Origin: Albibacterium sp.
GTDB lineage: Bacteria; Bacteroidota; Bacteroidia; Sphingobacteriales; Sphingobacteriaceae
Assembly (NCBI GenBank): GCA_036796375.1
Contig: DAIRDA010000001.1
Coordinates: 36-64,035 of the forward strand
Length of the DNA: 64,000 nucleotides
Reading direction: 5' to 3'
The notes under the pieces were generated by a model. It was not told the origin of the DNA and searched no databases. It worked only from the letters and a program-made list of their open reading frames with translations. Numbering within the stretch: the stretch's first letter is position 1; every line of letters begins with the position of its first letter. Both the position numbers and the translations under genes were made by a program. Of the stretch, positions 39,360 to 49,904 are shown piece by piece.

Positions 39360-39869
39360 ATGGCCCTAATACTTCCTGTTCATGGTGTGTTGCCCTCGAT
39401 CGGAGCAAATTGTTTTATAGCGGAAAATTCGACTATTGTTGGCGATGTGGTGATAGGCGACGAATGTTCTGTTTGGTTTAATGCGGTGATACGTGGAGAT
39501 GTTAATTCCATCCGGATCGGTCACCATAGTAATATTCAGGATGGCGCTGTGATTCATTGCACCTTTAAGCAGGCGGCCACCAAGGTTGGTAATTTCGTAT
39601 CGATAGGTCACCGTGCATTGGTTCATGGATGTACCCTCGCCGATCATATATTGATTGGAATGGGAGCCATTGTGATGGATCACGCCGTGGTAGAGGATTA
39701 TGTTATCATTGCCGCCGGCGCCGTTGTCCTTGAAAATACGGTATGTGAATCTGGATATTTGTACGCAGGTGTGCCGGCGAGGAAAATCAAACCCATCAGT
39801 ACCCAGCAACGATCCATGCTTGATACCTTACCGCATAACTATGTACTGTATGCGAGCTGGTTTGAATAA
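39360..39869 (+). CDS. gamma-carbonic-anhydrase-like hexapeptide-repeat protein (YrdA/PaaY family)
   Basis: 169 aa with VWFNAVIRGD and left-handed beta-helix repeats. Confidence 0.85.
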   Translation: MALILPVHGVLPSIGANCFIAENSTIVGDVVIGDECSVWFNAVIRGDVNSIRIGHHSNIQDGAVIHCTFKQAATKVGNFVSIGHRALVHGCTLADHILIGMGAIVMDHAVVEDYVIIAAGAVVLENTVCESGYLYAGVPARKIKPISTQQRSMLDTLPHNYVLYASWFE

Positions 39870-39908
39870 ATAGACATCAGGCTTTGGCCGTTTATAGGAT
39901 TCGGATAA

Positions 39909-41720
39909 TTACTCGTCGATCTTTTCTCTTGGCGTGACGGTTCCGGATTTAATATACGGTTCTTCCATTGCGTTATTATCTGAACTTTCGGGCTGTGTTT
40001 GGATGGGCGATGCAGTAGGCTGGATTTGCTCGGCCAAACTTTCCCGTGCTGGAACCTTGATCAATTCTTCTTGCTCCCAGTTCGGACGAATAGTGATAAT
40101 TTTGTTCCAGTACCACAGTTCCTCAGGCTGCCTTTTTAAGCGTACGCTTCCGGTATCCCATTCCTGATTCTTATTTTCGTCGTATACGATGCGGACCGAA
40201 TAGTCGCCTCCTGGCATCTGGTTTAAGACGATTTTTTGCGACCCGATAATAGGATGCGAACTGACGACATCGATCTTGTCCTGATTTTTATTATCTCTTA
40301 TCAATTCAACAATGTATGCGCTTGAATCAGGCAGTTGTACATCAAGCGTTATATTTCCGTAGTTGTCGGTATCGTCGAATGTGAATTTGCGCTGCCCAGG
40401 AGCAGAACGTTCGCCGAAATAACCTATGAAGGCGCCTTCTTGTAACTCTATTAAATAGGTGCGTTTCGTTTTCCATCTGTATATGAGGGTAGCTTGCCTG
40501 TTATTAGCAGTGTCGAGCGAAACCTGGATATTGGTACGCTGGGTGGTATCTTCCAATAATTTTATCTTAGACAGATCAATTGATTGTATAGGTGCAGAAG
40601 CAGTATAGCGTATATTCCGAATTTGATCAACCCGTTGATTGCTTAAATTATCGGTGATGGTCATTGCCCGGGTGTACTTGTCGTTTTGATTTCTTCTAAG
40701 AAGAATGGTATCAAGCACCTGAGTTCCTTCTGACACTACCACGTTGAGTGAGTCGAAACTTAAATCGGGAAGCCACATATAGGCTGTATCTCTTGATGGT
40801 ACGAATTCAAAATATTTTTCCTCATTCAGCTTCGGATGATCAAGGATGGTAAGATTTGCATTTTTTACAGGCCGGTTAAAGTTGAAGAATACGCGTCCGC
40901 TATTTTCGATGCGACGGTCGATTGTACGGAACACTTCAGGAATTTCTCGAAAGGTTTTAAGTTTAATTCCGCTTTTGTTTTCATTCAGATAGATACTATC
41001 GGCCAAGAATGCTATTTCTTCATCGGCACCATTGAAGATACGGTCGTTGTTAGTTTCTTTAAGGGCGTATATGCGATAAGCATTTTCGCTCAGGTTTTGA
41101 AGCCGGAAGTTTCCTGAACTGTCTGTGCGGGTAAAAATATTGGCCTTCCGCTTCCCGAAAATGGAGTCTTGTGAAACTGGGATCAACATTACATTGACGT
41201 CGAAAAGCGGCTCTTTGGTGAGGGCACTGGTTACGTTTCCACTAACAGACAGTGAGTCGATTTCGTCTCCGGTAGCGAACACATAACGATAGTTTACCAG
41301 GGAATTACCTTCGTTAAAATCAACAATCCCCTTCCCAAAATTGATAGAATAAGTAGTATTCTCGGCCAGACTATCCGGTAGTTCGATGATCAAGGACCGC
41401 CTCTTTATTCGATATACCGGTGCAAGATCCAGGTCTGGTGAAATACTGATTTCGGTGAATTCGTTTTGTAATTTGACGTATTCGTCGAATTCGATCTCAA
41501 TATTTTTGGCCTTGAAATTTTTTGTCAGGTTGAGTGGAATTTCACTTAAGATTTTAGGAGGGATTGAGTCGCGAGGCCCTCCGGAAGGCTGCTGCATACT
41601 TGCGCATCCTCCAATGAAAGAAAGTACAATAACGATAAGAAGCAAAAAGGCCGGAAACGTGTTTAAGCTAGTTTTAAGCCGATTTAAGGCTATATCTTGT
41701 TTTTTGATACTCTGCTTCAT
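39909..41720 (-). CDS. Ig-like (SbsA/Big_5-type) domain lipoprotein
   Basis: 603 aa with a transmembrane/lipobox leader FIGGCAS. The N-terminal pattern SIPPKILSEIP...NIEIEFDEYV is typical of SbsA_Ig-like domains. The rest is unassigned. Confidence 0.6.
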   Translation of the reverse strand: MKQSIKKQDIALNRLKTSLNTFPAFLLLIVIVLSFIGGCASMQQPSGGPRDSIPPKILSEIPLNLTKNFKAKNIEIEFDEYVKLQNEFTEISISPDLDLAPVYRIKRRSLIIELPDSLAENTTYSINFGKGIVDFNEGNSLVNYRYVFATGDEIDSLSVSGNVTSALTKEPLFDVNVMLIPVSQDSIFGKRKANIFTRTDSSGNFRLQNLSENAYRIYALKETNNDRIFNGADEEIAFLADSIYLNENKSGIKLKTFREIPEVFRTIDRRIENSGRVFFNFNRPVKNANLTILDHPKLNEEKYFEFVPSRDTAYMWLPDLSFDSLNVVVSEGTQVLDTILLRRNQNDKYTRAMTITDNLSNQRVDQIRNIRYTASAPIQSIDLSKIKLLEDTTQRTNIQVSLDTANNRQATLIYRWKTKRTYLIELQEGAFIGYFGERSAPGQRKFTFDDTDNYGNITLDVQLPDSSAYIVELIRDNKNQDKIDVVSSHPIIGSQKIVLNQMPGGDYSVRIVYDENKNQEWDTGSVRLKRQPEELWYWNKIITIRPNWEQEELIKVPARESLAEQIQPTASPIQTQPESSDNNAMEEPYIKSGTVTPREKIDE

Positions 41721-41797
41721 TTTTCTTGAAATATTCCCTTGTATGTCTTTATTTTAAGTCGGTATTATATACACTTATGTGATTGTAAATCAGTTTG

Positions 41798-43657
41798 TTA
41801 CGATAAATGAACAACAAGTACGCTAATATCTGATGGAGTAACCCCTGAGATCCTGGAAGCTTGTCCAATGGTCCTCGGTTTAATTTTCAGTAGTTTTTCA
41901 CGCGACTCTTTCGATAACGACTTTAAGAGTGAGTAATCGAACTCTGGGTTGATTTGGTGATCCTCCATTTTTTTCATTTTGGAAACAAGCTCCAGTTCCT
42001 TTTCAAAGTAGCTTTCGTACTTGACCTTGATTTCTGCTTGCTCAATAGTTTCCTCATCAAAATTTTTGATGAGCGTATTGAACCCTTCATTTCCTTGAGC
42101 CAGATCATGGATATGAAGTCCTGGGCGGCTTAGCAGGTTCACCATTTTTATGTTTTGGCTAATTGGGCTGCTCTGCTTTTCAGTCAGGATCGGATTGATT
42201 AGGTCTTTATCGATTGAAGTCTTTCTCAGAAAGTTGACGATCGTTTGCGCGTCGTCTATCTTTTTGTTCACTCGTTCTAGTCGCTCGTCTGATACAAGTC
42301 CCAATTTATGAGCCATTGGGGTGAGTCGCTCATCAGCATTATCTTGTCTGAGCAGTAAACGGTGTTCAGCACGCGAGGTGAACATTCTATATGGTTCATC
42401 GGTTCCTTTAGTTACCAAATCATCGATTAAGACCCCTATATATGATTCGGATCTTTTTAGTATAAGTTCATGCAGATCGTTGATACGTTGGTGGGCATTG
42501 ATGCCGGCCACCATTCCCTGGCTTGCCGCCTCCTCATATCCGGTCGTTCCGTTAATTTGTCCTGCGAAAAATAGATTTTTTACGAGAAAGGTTTCAAGCG
42601 TAGAATCTAATTGCATAGGTGGAAAATAGTCGTATTCGATTGCATACCCAGGACGGAACATTTTTGCGTTTTGAAATCCTGGAATTTTACGCAGAGCTTT
42701 ATACTGGACTTCTTCTGGTAGCGACGTAGAGAATCCGTTTACATATATTTCTACTGTATTAAAGCCTTCAGGTTCCACAAAGATTTGGTGCCGATCGCGC
42801 TCAGCAAAACGGTTGATTTTGTCTTCGATGGACGGGCAGTACCGTGGACCCAGACCCTGGATGCGGCCAGTAAACATCGGCGATTTTTCGAACCCTTCTT
42901 TTAATGTTTCATGAACGTCGGGATTCGTATACGTAATCCAACAGCAACGCTGCTCTTTAGGAACCTCAACATCTGTATAGCTGAATTGACCTTTTTTCTC
43001 GTCGCCCCATTGCTCTTCCATTTGTGAATAGTCAAGGCTCCGGCCATCGACCCTCGGCGGTGTTCCCGTTTTCATACGGCCAGAGGTAAATCCAAGACTT
43101 ACTAACTGCTCGGTCAAACCGGTAGCGGCTCTTTCTGCTGCGCGACCACCACCCATTCTTTTCTCGCCAATATGTATCAGACCGTTTAAGAATGTCCCGT
43201 TTGTAAGAATTACTGCATCTGCTTCGATCTCTATTCCCAAAGATGTGACTACACCAGTTGCCCGCCCGTTCGCCACTTTGATTTCTCGGACGGTGTCTTG
43301 CCAGAAGTCAATGTTTGAACGTTGTTCCAATTGAAGGCGCCATTCTTCGGCGAAACGCATTCGATCATTTTGTGTCCGAGGACTCCACATTGCTGGCCCT
43401 TTGGATAGATTAAGCATTCGAAATTGAATGGTAGTTTTATCAGCAATAATTCCTGATAGCCCTCCCATCGCGTCAACCTCTCGAAGTATCTGGCCTTTCG
43501 CTACACCTCCCATCGCTGGATTGCAACTCATTTGAGCAATAGTTCCCATATTCATGGTAACCAATAAAACACTGGATCCAAGGTTCGAAGCTGCGATGGC
43601 TGCTTCACAGCCTGCGTGTCCGCCCCCTACAACGATTATATTATATTTTTTAAACAT
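41798..43657 (-). CDS. mnmG: tRNA uridine 5-carboxymethylaminomethyl modification enzyme MnmG (GidA)
   Basis: 619 aa with [16 protein letters not shown]. Conserved throughout. Confidence 0.97.
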   Translation of the reverse strand: MFKKYNIIVVGGGHAGCEAAIAASNLGSSVLLVTMNMGTIAQMSCNPAMGGVAKGQILREVDAMGGLSGIIADKTTIQFRMLNLSKGPAMWSPRTQNDRMRFAEEWRLQLEQRSNIDFWQDTVREIKVANGRATGVVTSLGIEIEADAVILTNGTFLNGLIHIGEKRMGGGRAAERAATGLTEQLVSLGFTSGRMKTGTPPRVDGRSLDYSQMEEQWGDEKKGQFSYTDVEVPKEQRCCWITYTNPDVHETLKEGFEKSPMFTGRIQGLGPRYCPSIEDKINRFAERDRHQIFVEPEGFNTVEIYVNGFSTSLPEEVQYKALRKIPGFQNAKMFRPGYAIEYDYFPPMQLDSTLETFLVKNLFFAGQINGTTGYEEAASQGMVAGINAHQRINDLHELILKRSESYIGVLIDDLVTKGTDEPYRMFTSRAEHRLLLRQDNADERLTPMAHKLGLVSDERLERVNKKIDDAQTIVNFLRKTSIDKDLINPILTEKQSSPISQNIKMVNLLSRPGLHIHDLAQGNEGFNTLIKNFDEETIEQAEIKVKYESYFEKELELVSKMKKMEDHQINPEFDYSLLKSLSKESREKLLKIKPRTIGQASRISGVTPSDISVLVVHLS

Positions 43658-43674
43658 TTTTATAAGAATAAATT

Positions 43675-43711
43675 AGGTTTCACGTGGAACCCTTAAAACG
43701 TTCCACGTGAA
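43675..43711 (-). terminator. perfect 14-bp-stem hairpin GTTTCACGTGGAAC-n9-GTTCCACGTGAAAC just downstream of the ABC-F stop
   Basis: Read directly. It begins 4 nt after the stop. There is no clean U-tract, so a terminator role is tentative. Confidence 0.45.
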
Positions 43712-43714
43712 ACA

Positions 43715-45583
43715 TTAGTTATCTTTCTCGAGAAGACTAAAGTAACGCTCTTCTTTTTTAAGAAGAGTTTGCTGGATATTTTCTATCTCCTGACTGGCTA
43801 CCAATAGTTCTTCATGATCTGAAAGCCTCGACAAAAAAATAGTCTTCTCCGTCAAGGTGGATTCTAGCAGCTCAATTTCTGATTCAATCTGCTTCATTTC
43901 CTGCTTCTCTTTAAAGCTTAAAACACTTTTCGGTTCTGGTGTGCTCAACTTTGGCGGTGCAGAAACTTCTTTTCCGTTATTTTTTTTAAGCTCTCGCTCC
44001 TTTTCAAGCAAGTCCTGTTTGTAGTCTGAATAGTTCCCATTATATATTTTAATCTCGGGAGTATCGTCGAATATAAAAAGCTGCTCAGTTAATTTATCGA
44101 GCAAATACCGGTCGTGGGATACGACCATAAGTACTCCTGTATAACTATCAAGAAATTCTTCCAATACGTTCAAAGTGTCAATATCCAAATCGTTTGAAGG
44201 TTCATCGAGAATAAGAAAGTTTGGATTCGTAATTAGTACCCGCATTAATTGAAGACGCTTGCGTTCTCCTCCACTTAACTTGCTTACCATCCCGAATTGC
44301 TTTTCCGGCGGGAATAGAAAATGGGTTAGAAGTTGTGAGGCACTCAATAGTTCTCCGTTCGCCATTTTGATATACTCGGCAATATTTTTTACAACATCGA
44401 TAACCCGATCGCCCGGACTTAAGGTTAGACCGAGTTGACGGTAATATCCAAAAACGGTGGTTTCGCCTTTTTCAACGATACCGGCATCCGGTTCGAGCAC
44501 GCCGGTTATCATATTCAGGAACGTTGACTTTCCTGTTCCATTTTTACCTGCTAAACCAATTCGATCGCCTTTTTTGAAGGTATAGCTGAAACCATCAAAG
44601 ATTGTCTTATTTTTGAAAGCCTTTTCGACTTTTTTCAGTTCGAGAATTTTTCCACCTTGTCGGGAAACCTTTACACTTAACTGGACTGACTCTTTTCCGC
44701 CACCACTTTGTGTTTTCTCCTCCAGGTCATAGAAAGCATCAATTCTCGACTTTGATTTTGTTCCCCTAGCCTGCGGTTGCCGCCGCATCCATTCTAATTC
44801 GCGTTTCAATAAATTCTTATTGCGCTCGAATGCGGCTGCCTCTCCTGCTTCGCGTTCAGATTTTATAGTCAGGAAATTATCGTATTTCCCTTTGTAAGTG
44901 AATAATTTTCCTTTCTCCAGTTCGCGTATCTCAGTGCATACATTGTCGAGAAAGTAGCGATCGTGCGATACAAATATCAGCGTACGCTGTTTGGTGGTGA
45001 GTAATTTTTCAAGCCATTCGATCGTTTCAATATCGAGGTGGTTGGTGGGTTCGTCGAGAATATAGACATCGGGCTCATTGATCAACAGTTTGGCCAGGGC
45101 GAGACGTTTTTGTTGACCACCCGAAAGACTCTTAATTTCCTGATCGAGCGTCTTGAATCCCAAGCGGTCTAAGACGGTTTTAATGTGATATTCATATTCC
45201 CACGCGTTGGATGCACTTAGCCTTTCTGATATATCTGCTAACTTCTCATCATTGTTTGGATCGTGCTGAATGAGGTGCTCGTATTCTGCAATTAGCTGCT
45301 GTTGTTCGTTATCAGCACTGAACACAAAATCATTCACTGTGTGAAGACCTTCAAATTGAGGGTCTTGTTCAAGATAACCTATCTGAATTCCTCGTTCGGA
45401 AACCACTTTTCCTTCTGTAGGCTCTTCAATCCCGGCCAATATTTTTAATAGGGTTGACTTTCCTGTACCGTTTATTCCGACCAGCGCGATGCGGTCGCCC
45501 TTTTGAATCCCAAAAGAAAGATCTTTGAATAGCCAACGGTCGGTAAAGATGTGACCCAGTTGTTCTGTAGATAATATGCTCAC
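43715..45583 (-). CDS. ABC-F family ATPase (two ABC domains, no membrane domain, C-terminal coiled coil)
   Basis: 622 aa. Walker A motifs are GINGTGKST and GKNGTGKST. Signatures are LSGGQQKR and LSGGERKR. It has a GTG start with an in-frame stop 2 codons upstream. Confidence 0.92.
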   Translation of the reverse strand: MSILSTEQLGHIFTDRWLFKDLSFGIQKGDRIALVGINGTGKSTLLKILAGIEEPTEGKVVSERGIQIGYLEQDPQFEGLHTVNDFVFSADNEQQQLIAEYEHLIQHDPNNDEKLADISERLSASNAWEYEYHIKTVLDRLGFKTLDQEIKSLSGGQQKRLALAKLLINEPDVYILDEPTNHLDIETIEWLEKLLTTKQRTLIFVSHDRYFLDNVCTEIRELEKGKLFTYKGKYDNFLTIKSEREAGEAAAFERNKNLLKRELEWMRRQPQARGTKSKSRIDAFYDLEEKTQSGGGKESVQLSVKVSRQGGKILELKKVEKAFKNKTIFDGFSYTFKKGDRIGLAGKNGTGKSTFLNMITGVLEPDAGIVEKGETTVFGYYRQLGLTLSPGDRVIDVVKNIAEYIKMANGELLSASQLLTHFLFPPEKQFGMVSKLSGGERKRLQLMRVLITNPNFLILDEPSNDLDIDTLNVLEEFLDSYTGVLMVVSHDRYLLDKLTEQLFIFDDTPEIKIYNGNYSDYKQDLLEKERELKKNNGKEVSAPPKLSTPEPKSVLSFKEKQEMKQIESEIELLESTLTEKTIFLSRLSDHEELLVASQEIENIQQTLLKKEERYFSLLEKDN

Positions 45584-45731
45584 GCCTGATTATAGAATTT
45601 AAATTCAACTATTTGATTAACAATAGCTTATGTTAATAATATTAAGTACTTGAAGCATCGCCCCGTCTTATATAGGAAACTTAACTTCATGATTATCACC
45701 GGTTAAGACCGAGGATTTTCGCTATTATTTA

Positions 45732-45739
45732 CAAAAGTA
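45732..45739 (-). promoter_or_regulatory. -7 promoter box TACTTTTG, 148 nt upstream of the ABC-F start
   Basis: Exact TAnnTTTG on the minus strand. It implies a leader of about 140 nt if this promoter serves the ABC-F gene. Confidence 0.4.
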
Positions 45740-45804
45740 CGCATTTCCATCGGAGGCATGATATTTGGTTATAATTCCTTTTGAAAAATGATAAAATTAA
45801 TACT

Positions 45805-47601
45805 ATGGATAGAAAGACTTACCAATCAGGAATTATCGGAAATTGTGCGTTCATGGCTCATGTTAAAAAAAACACAAACATATCATGGTTATGTTGGCCC
45901 ACCTTTGATAGTTCCTTCGTTTTTGGAAAGTTGCTTGACGATAAACAGGGCGGTGAATTCTCCATATCACCCGTGAAGTCGGATTATACTTCAAAACAAT
46001 ATTATATTGAAAACACCAATGTGCTGAGAACGGAGATCACCACGGATGATGGCTCCTATCGCGTAACAGATTTTGCCCCGCGATTCAGCCAATACGACCG
46101 CTATTTTAAGCCGCTCATGCTGATCAGAAAGATTGAACCGCTGGTAAATAATCCAAAGATTAAACTTCGATGCGACCCGGTGTATGATTACGGGCTTAAA
46201 AAATTAAAGCGTCATAAGGGGAGTAACCATCTTTCTTTTGAAGGTGCATCGGCTAGTATTCGCTTGACGACCGACCTTCCTCTCTCCAGCTTCGAAGAGG
46301 ATGCTACTCATGTTCTTACGGAAACAAAATATATATTCCTGACTTATGGAACTCCGTTGGAGGCACCCATTGTGAGGACAGCAGAGACTTTTTTAAGGGA
46401 GACCATTAACTATTGGAGAAAATGGATAAAGCATTCTACCATTGCTCCGGTCTACCAGGAGGCTGTGATTCGGTCGGCACTGGCTTTGAAAATCCATCAG
46501 TATGAAGATACGGGAGCGATAATCGCCGCAGGAACCACCAGTTTGCCAGAGTCGGATGGCAGTGGGCGTAACTGGGATTATCGTTATTGCTGGTTGCGCG
46601 ACAGTTATTATGTTTTGACCGCGTTGAATCATATCGGACAGTTTGAGGAAATGGAAGGGTTCGCAAATTATATTGCAAATATATCTTACGACACCAAAGG
46701 GCGTTTCCAACCACTGTATGGGATTACGGGGAAGAAGGAGCTAACGGAATCTGTGCTTGACCACCTGAGTGGTTACCGTGGTAATCAGCCGGTGAGGGTT
46801 GGAAACCAGGCTTATGAGCATATACAGAATGATGTGTATGGCCAGGCGTTGATTTCGCTTCTGCCTTTGTTTACAGACCATCGCTTTGTGTTTAAGGAAA
46901 GGACCGACGCCAGTAAGTGGGTTTCGTTTTTACTGAATAAGATTGAACACACCATTGATGAGAAGGATGCCGGGATCTGGGAATTCAGGAACTTTGCCAA
47001 CCGACATAGCTATAGTAATCTTTTTCAGTGGGCGGGAAGTAACGCCGCTTTAAAGATTGGAATTGCGTTCGGGGACGAAAAAATACAAGAGAAAGCGCGT
47101 TCGTTAATAAAGCGCGCCTCCGAGCACATTGAAAGCTGCTACGATCCTGAGAGAAAGGTATATACGCACGCCGTCGACAGTGATCACCTGGATGCAAGCA
47201 CTCTACAGCTTATTTTAATGAATTATCTGGATCCTGCTTCGCAGCGGGCGAAAGACCATCTGACAGCCCTTGAGAAAGAGCTCAAAACCCCGGAGGGACT
47301 GTTTTATCGCTATCTTCACACCGACGATTTTGGAAAACCGAAAACGACATTCCTGATTTGTGCCTTTTGGTATGTAGAGGCGCTGGCGGTAGTGGGCAGA
47401 ATTGAGGAAGCTCAGGAAACTTTCGAAAAGCTTCTGTCATTCGGAAATCACCTGATGTTGTTTAGTGAGGATATCGATGAAAAAGACGGTAGCCAATGGG
47501 GGAATTTTCCGCAGGCGTACAGCCATGTTGGCTTGATGAATGCTGCGTATCGCATATCCCAGAAATTGGACAAACCGTCTTTTCTAATGAAGCAGGAATA
47601 A
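45805..47601 (+). CDS. glycoside hydrolase family 15 protein (glucoamylase/trehalase-like)
   Basis: I prefer the ATG at 45805 (MDRKTYQSGIIGNC). WDYRYCWLRDS is typical of the GH15 catalytic domain. Confidence 0.85.
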   Translation: MDRKTYQSGIIGNCAFMAHVKKNTNISWLCWPTFDSSFVFGKLLDDKQGGEFSISPVKSDYTSKQYYIENTNVLRTEITTDDGSYRVTDFAPRFSQYDRYFKPLMLIRKIEPLVNNPKIKLRCDPVYDYGLKKLKRHKGSNHLSFEGASASIRLTTDLPLSSFEEDATHVLTETKYIFLTYGTPLEAPIVRTAETFLRETINYWRKWIKHSTIAPVYQEAVIRSALALKIHQYEDTGAIIAAGTTSLPESDGSGRNWDYRYCWLRDSYYVLTALNHIGQFEEMEGFANYIANISYDTKGRFQPLYGITGKKELTESVLDHLSGYRGNQPVRVGNQAYEHIQNDVYGQALISLLPLFTDHRFVFKERTDASKWVSFLLNKIEHTIDEKDAGIWEFRNFANRHSYSNLFQWAGSNAALKIGIAFGDEKIQEKARSLIKRASEHIESCYDPERKVYTHAVDSDHLDASTLQLILMNYLDPASQRAKDHLTALEKELKTPEGLFYRYLHTDDFGKPKTTFLICAFWYVEALAVVGRIEEAQETFEKLLSFGNHLMLFSEDIDEKDGSQWGNFPQAYSHVGLMNAAYRISQKLDKPSFLMKQE

Positions 47602-47611
47602 ATTACAGTGA

Positions 47612-47656
47612 ATCACCCGACTTACTATAATCACCCGCCTTACTATAGATCACCGG
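47612..47656. repeat. about 2.5 tandem copies of an 18-bp unit (ATCACCCGACTTACTATA, ATCACCCGCCTTACTATA, then G+ATCACCGG). The last copy overlaps the otsAB stop.
   Basis: Read directly in the convergent GH15/otsAB spacer. There is one mismatch between the full copies. Confidence 0.85.
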
Positions 47657-49820
47657 CGATGTAACTGAGGAGGTTTCGGACCTCCTCTACTCCATCCACG
47701 TAATACCGGGCAGCGGACATATGTTTACCAACGCGGATGGTGTGAGCATCTTCTGGAAGTACTTTAAAGATATCTTCATCTGTATAATCGTCACCGATAG
47801 CGAGAATAAAGTCATAATCGCTCTGGTTGGTAAGGTTTAAGGTAGCTTTTCCTTTATTTACTTCAGAGTTTTTTACTTCGATTACTTTGTGGCCATTAAG
47901 TAGCTGCAAACCATAAGCCGTAATCATAAAGCGGAGATTATCCATTAACTCATTGGCGCGGAGTGCTCCAAGGCCTTTCTGAACTTTGCGGTAATGCCAA
48001 ACCAGCGAGTAGCTTTTCTCCTCGACAAAGGCCCCGGGTGTCCGGTCGCAGAAAGCATCCATTAATTGATGCACTTCTTCTTTCCAAAGATTTGAAAGAT
48101 CGGATTTTTGCAGCCACTCTTGCCCGATGTGTTTTTTCCAGGCTCCATGTTCTGCAATCAGGGTCAGGTTTCGGTCGCCAAACCATTTTTCCAGCGTTTC
48201 GTGATTGCGGCCACTGATGATCGTTGTGCAATTTTTGGCATCCGAAGTAAGTTTATTTAAGAGTTGGTACAAGTCGTGATCAGGTGACGCCTGATCTATC
48301 TGTTTTTTGAATCCGACCAGGGTGCCATCATAATCCAACAGAATCAGTCTGCTTTGAGCCCGATCGTACGCATCGCGGATTTCGTTTTTTATAGTCTCGT
48401 TTACTCTACCGGCTCTCATGGAAAGTTGAAGTTTCTTTACTTCGTCGAGCCGCTTCATGTAAATTCGAACCCAATGGTGAATATTGTATTTGAACACCAT
48501 TTGCCGCATAGCCGCCATACGGGTTTCCATTTCCTCCTGCGGCATATTCAGTGCTTCAATCAGCGCATCTTTTACCTCATGAATATTATTTGGATTGACG
48601 ATGATGGCATCGATCAATTCTTTCGACGCTCCGGCAAGCTCGCTGAGTATTAAAACACCAGAATTATCGTTCCGGCTGGCCACGTATTCCTTACAAACCA
48701 GGTTCATTCCGTCGCGCATGGGTGTTATGAGGCATACATCGGCAATATTATAGAGCGCTGAAAGATATTCTATGGGGTAGCTTTGATAGAAATAGGCGAC
48801 CGGGAACCAATCGAATTTGCGATAGTGAGAGTTGATATTCCCGACAATACGGTCGATTTCATTTTTAAGACGCTGATACTCGGGCACGTTGTCTCTAGAG
48901 GGAACAACGATCATAAACAGCACGACTTTCTCGTGGTATTCAGGATGTTCCTGAAGGAAGAGGTCGAACGCTTCGAGCCGCTGGATAATTCCCTTGCTAT
49001 AGTCAAGACGATCGATGGAAAGCAGTATTTTCTGATCTTTATAATAGCCTTTTAAACTGTCGATGTGTTCAAGCACTGTATGATCAGAGGAAAGCATTGA
49101 GAATTTTTCACTATCAATTCCCATTGGAAATGGTTCCACAGCAACTGCTCTTTGCTGGGTTCTGATCATATTGGCATCTACGTGAAGATCGAGCAGGTGT
49201 GTGGCAGCACTGATAAAATGACGGACATCATCAAAAGTGTGAAATCCAATAAGATCCGCTCCGAGCATTCCTGTCAGCAGTTCTTTTCTCCACGGAATCA
49301 AGCGGAATAATTCCTGAGAAGGGAAAGGGATGTGCTGAAAAAAGGCGATCGAAATATCGGGATGCTTACTACGGAGTAACTCAGGCAACAAAAGTAGTTG
49401 GTAGTCGTGAATCCATAAAGTATCACCAGGATTCAAGTGTGGTGAAATTGCTTCTGCAAATTTTTGGTTCACGGCTTTGTAGCTCTCCCAATTTTCAGAA
49501 TCGAACCGTGCGTACGTGGAGATATAGTGAAATACCGGCCATAGAATTTCATTTGAGAATCCTTCGTAGTAACCTTTGATATCTTCTTCCTCCAGAAATA
49601 CGGGGATGAGATTCAACGATTTCAAATCTGCACTTACTTTTTCCTTGTCCTCATCTTCAACCGGCATACCGGGCCAGCCAATCCAAATATTGTTTTCCTC
49701 TTTGTAAATGGACCCTAGTCCTGTGGCTAGGCCGCCCTCACTGCTATTAAAGATCAGCTGATCTTCTTCTTTTGTAACTTTTACTGGTAATCGATTAGAA
49801 ACTATAATGGTTTTATTCAC
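47643..49820 (-). CDS. otsA: bifunctional trehalose-6-phosphate synthase / phosphatase (OtsA-OtsB fusion)
   Basis: 725 aa. The N-terminus is GT20 (IIVSNRLPV). The C-terminus is HAD with the DxD motif LLDYDGTL. Confidence 0.92.
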   Translation of the reverse strand: MNKTIIVSNRLPVKVTKEEDQLIFNSSEGGLATGLGSIYKEENNIWIGWPGMPVEDEDKEKVSADLKSLNLIPVFLEEEDIKGYYEGFSNEILWPVFHYISTYARFDSENWESYKAVNQKFAEAISPHLNPGDTLWIHDYQLLLLPELLRSKHPDISIAFFQHIPFPSQELFRLIPWRKELLTGMLGADLIGFHTFDDVRHFISAATHLLDLHVDANMIRTQQRAVAVEPFPMGIDSEKFSMLSSDHTVLEHIDSLKGYYKDQKILLSIDRLDYSKGIIQRLEAFDLFLQEHPEYHEKVVLFMIVVPSRDNVPEYQRLKNEIDRIVGNINSHYRKFDWFPVAYFYQSYPIEYLSALYNIADVCLITPMRDGMNLVCKEYVASRNDNSGVLILSELAGASKELIDAIIVNPNNIHEVKDALIEALNMPQEEMETRMAAMRQMVFKYNIHHWVRIYMKRLDEVKKLQLSMRAGRVNETIKNEIRDAYDRAQSRLILLDYDGTLVGFKKQIDQASPDHDLYQLLNKLTSDAKNCTTIISGRNHETLEKWFGDRNLTLIAEHGAWKKHIGQEWLQKSDLSNLWKEEVHQLMDAFCDRTPGAFVEEKSYSLVWHYRKVQKGLGALRANELMDNLRFMITAYGLQLLNGHKVIEVKNSEVNKGKATLNLTNQSDYDFILAIGDDYTDEDIFKVLPEDAHTIRVGKHMSAARYYVDGVEEVRNLLSYIAGDL

Positions 49821-49891
49821 TTTAATGGGTTTTTGTATGAAAACGTATAATACAAAAAAAAGTTTGAAGGTCGAAATAGCCGGTGAAGTAG

Positions 49892-49899
49892 TAGCTTTG
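49892..49899 (+). promoter_or_regulatory. -7 promoter box TAGCTTTG (small ORF)
   Basis: Exact TAnnTTTG, 5 nt upstream of the ATG at 49905. A TTTG lies at 49863-49866. Confidence 0.4.
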
Positions 49900-49904
49900 C
49901 AGTG

